The notes under the pieces: generated by a model
Seen by the model: the letters and a program-made list of their open reading frames with translations, nothing else
Database searches by the model: none
What the model was told of the DNA's origin: nothing
Assembly (NCBI RefSeq): GCF_006345805.1
Contig: NC_042998.1
Location: 60,574,001-60,638,000, forward strand
DNA: 64,000 bases
Source of the DNA: Octopus sinensis
Taxonomy: Eukaryota
Reading direction: 5' to 3'
Translations under genes and position numbers: made by a program
Part shown: one piece after another, positions 61,176 through 64,000 of the stretch
Layout: the number at the start of each line of letters is the position of its first letter
Position numbering within the stretch: position 1 is the first letter of the stretch

Positions 61176-62850
61176 TGAGGTTATCTAATCAATTAGAGTG
61201 TTGCAGCTGACATGTCAAAATCTGGCCAGATGCTCATATCCTTTTCCCAGAATCGTACCCAACTCTCAGCTTAATTATAAATAGGTCTCACAATGAAGTA
61301 CAGCACACTGCTGTAAGAAAGAGTACATAAAAATTCATGAGTACAAAGAGGTTGCAGTGTTCAGCTCCTCTTAGTGCAAGGGGTGAGGATTCTTAAATAC
61401 ATCCCACCAGTATTGTTTGCTCCATAACAAAACACACAAGAAATACATCTTTCACAGAGTCAAAAGTTTACTTCACAACAATGAGGTTTCAAGGCTGGTC
61501 CAATGGGTAAATGTCTTCTACCATAGATGTAGGTTAAAAATGCCTTGTGATGGAAACAGTAAGGAAGACTGTCAGAGAGACCATTCCCATTGTGGGATTG
61601 CAGAATTTATTCATTAACCAGTTTAACTACCAGCACCATCCAGTCCTTGGAAGACCTTTAACTCTTAACATCCTTTTAATACAAAAGCTCAGTCCTGCAA
61701 TGTTTGAGCAGAAAATATTGAGAAATGGGTTTGTTTATTCAAATGTTTATAGCATCTTCATTTGTGGTCAAATTATTGTGAAAATCGGCAGTATTGCAGA
61801 CAAAAACAACCATTCTCTTTTTTAATGTAAGAAATCATTTGTTAAAAATAATGTTGTGCCTGTCAGATTCTTAAATTATTACACAATGAAAAGAAAACCG
61901 GACACATTCAAAAAAAGAAATATGAGGTATCTAATCAATTAGAGTGTTGCAGCTGACATGTCAAAATCTGGCCAGATGCTCATATCCTTTTCCCAGAATC
62001 GTACCCAACTCTCAGCTTAATTATAAATAGGTCTCACAATGAAGTACAGCACACTGCTGTAAGAAAGAGTACATAAAAATTCATGAGTACAAAGAGGTTG
62101 CAGTGTTCAGCTCCTCTTAGTGCAAGGGGTGAGGATTCTTAAATACATCCCACCAGTATTGTTTGCTCCATAACAAAACACACAAGAAATACATCTTTCA
62201 CAGAGTCAAAAGTTTACTTCACAACAATGAGGTTTCAAGGCTGGTCCAATGGGTAAATGTCTTCTACCATAGATGTAGGTTAAAAATGCCTTGTGATGGA
62301 AACAGTAAGGAAGACTGTCAGAGAGACCATTCCCATTGTGGGATTGCAGAATTTATTCATTAACCAGTTTAACTACCAGCACCATCCAGTCCTTGGAAGA
62401 CCTTTAACTCTTAACATCCTTTTAATACAAAAGCTCAGTCCTGCAATGTTTGAGCAGAAAATATTGAGAAATGGGTTTGTTTATTCAAATGTTTATAGCA
62501 TCTTCATTTGTGGTCAAATTATTGTGAAAATCGGCAGTATTGCAGACAAAAACAACCATTCTCTTTTTTAATGTAAGAAATCATTTGTTAAAAATAATGT
62601 TGTGCCTGTCAGATTCTTAAATTATTACACAATGAAAAGAAAACCGGACACATTCAAAAAAAGAAATATGAGGTTATCTAATCAATGAGTGTTACAGCTG
62701 ATAATTCAAAACCTGGCCAGATGCTCAGATCCTGTTTCCAGCTGTGTACTTAACTCTCAGCTTAACTGAAAATAGGTCTAGCAATGAAGTACAGCACACT
62801 GCAGTAAAAAAAAAAGAAGAGTATTTAAAAATTCATGAGTATACATTGAG
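61176..62850 (+). repeat. Tandem duplication: two 746-bp units plus a diverged ~180-bp third start
   Basis: ORFs 61417/62163 and 61547/62293 are identical at offset 746; 62669-62850 is a diverged copy of the unit start. Confidence 0.95.
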
Positions 62851-62925
62851 GTTAGGTAGAGATATTCAAAGGTTTTCCCCAGACTATTTTTGCAGCTTTT
62901 CATTACAGTTAAGACAATATCACAT

Positions 62926-63330
62926 ATCATCATCGTTTAACGTCCGTTCTCCATACTAGCATGGGTTGGACGGTTCGACCGGGGATCTGGTAAGCCAGAA
63001 GGCTGCACCAGGCTCCAGTCTTATCTGGCAATGTTTCTACAGCTGGATGCCCTTCCTAACGCCAACCACTCCGTGAGTGTAGTGGGAGCTTTTTACGTGC
63101 CACCTGCACAGGTGCCAGGCGAGGCTGGCAACGGCCACGGTCGGATTGGTGTATTTTATGTGCCACCAGCACGGAAGCCAGTCGAGGCGGCGCTGGCATC
63201 GGCCACGAGTCGGATAGTGCTTTTTACGTACCACCAGACCAGGGATCCTGGCTGGTTCAATTCGATTTCGATTTCGCTTGCCCCAACATGTCTTCGCAAG
63301 CAAAGGGGGTTGGCATGGGTGCCTGTCGTA
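62926..63330 (-). mobile_element. Young RTE 3' end (family C)
   Basis: CpG-rich, with repeat units and the shared tail. Confidence 0.88.
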
Positions 63331-63629
63331 CAGTTGGATTGGTGTATTTTACATGCCGTTAATAATCTACATACCGTACAGATTTTAAAAAAAAGAAATA
63401 CACCATGTCTGAAAAAAAACAGAGGTCATTGCTGGAATGTTTTTGATAATTCTGCTTCATTAGGTCTGACCTGGGGATAGTGGTGAGTTCAGATAGTGTG
63501 ACATGAAATACCGTATATGAAAATGAAGTTTTTAGTGGTGGCCATTGGAACATGAGGCTGTTTCATTACAAAACATCATTTTATCCAAAACAATAACTTC
63601 AAACAAACAAAGGTAAATGAATCAAGAAT

Positions 63630-63670
63630 TTTATTTCTCATAATCCAAAATGACTGTTAAGCTATTTATT
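63630..63670 (-). terminator. Candidate PHB1 polyadenylation signals
   Basis: AATAAA on the - strand at 63670-63665 and 63635-63630. Confidence 0.45.
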
Positions 63671-63708
63671 TTCACATCCTACAAGATTGTTATTATCTGC
63701 TTTTAGTT

Positions 63709-63924
63709 TCACATAGAAGGTAAATTTAACAAAGTATTTTGTCCTTGGGGCAAGTAAATGACATTCCGAGACCGAGAAAGCTGGTTGGCAATATCTTCTG
63801 CTGCTTCCAGTTTGCGAAGTTCAATTAAAGCATCACCAGCTTCAGTGAATGCTTTAGATAATAACTCTGCAGCTCTTGTGTCTCCCTCTGCATTAGTAAC
63901 AGCAGCCTGTCGGATTTGTTCAGC
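63709..63924 (-). CDS. PHB1: Prohibitin-1, terminal coding exon
   Basis: tttag|[71 protein letters not shown]; human [70 protein letters not shown]. Missed by the ORF track; upstream exons lie outside the window. Confidence 0.97.
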   Translation of the reverse strand, partial: AEQIRQAAVTNAEGDTRAAELLSKAFTEAGDALIELRKLEAAEDIANQLSRSRNVIYLPQGQNTLLNLPSM

Positions 63925-64000
63925 CTAAATAAAAAAAATAAAACATTTAACAAAATAAACAAATACACCAATTTATGCTTTTTATGGTTTTATAATATTA

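Overview
AT-rich, intron- and repeat-dense animal DNA. The SINE/LINE families and microsatellite load point to an Octopus genome (inference from repeat recognition). Most of the window is one + strand gene, cytosolic 5'-nucleotidase 3 (NT5C3; HAD family). It has eight well-supported coding exons from 31315 to 55180 and a probable 9-nt first coding exon at 2756-2764, giving 289 aa in total. The last coding exon of prohibitin-1 (PHB1) lies on the - strand at 63709-63924, convergent with NT5C3. Between them sits a CpG-rich, unrecognised ~140-aa candidate gene (-, 59762-60334). Intron 1 holds a tRNA-Lys(TTT) gene with a damaged T-arm. The rest is SINEs, RTE/CR1/HERO-like LINE remnants, mariner/Tc1/pogo/hAT/Mutator/piggyBac-like DNA elements, a Helitron-like element, long palindromes, two near-identical tandem duplications (~2 kb and 746 bp) and microsatellites. 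Most ORF-track entries are repeat artefacts. I could not identify a new multi-gene system. The best leads are the orphan gene, a mixed IIIA/IIIB substrate pocket in NT5C3, and several readable DNA-rearrangement scars. All alignments and identities were judged by eye.
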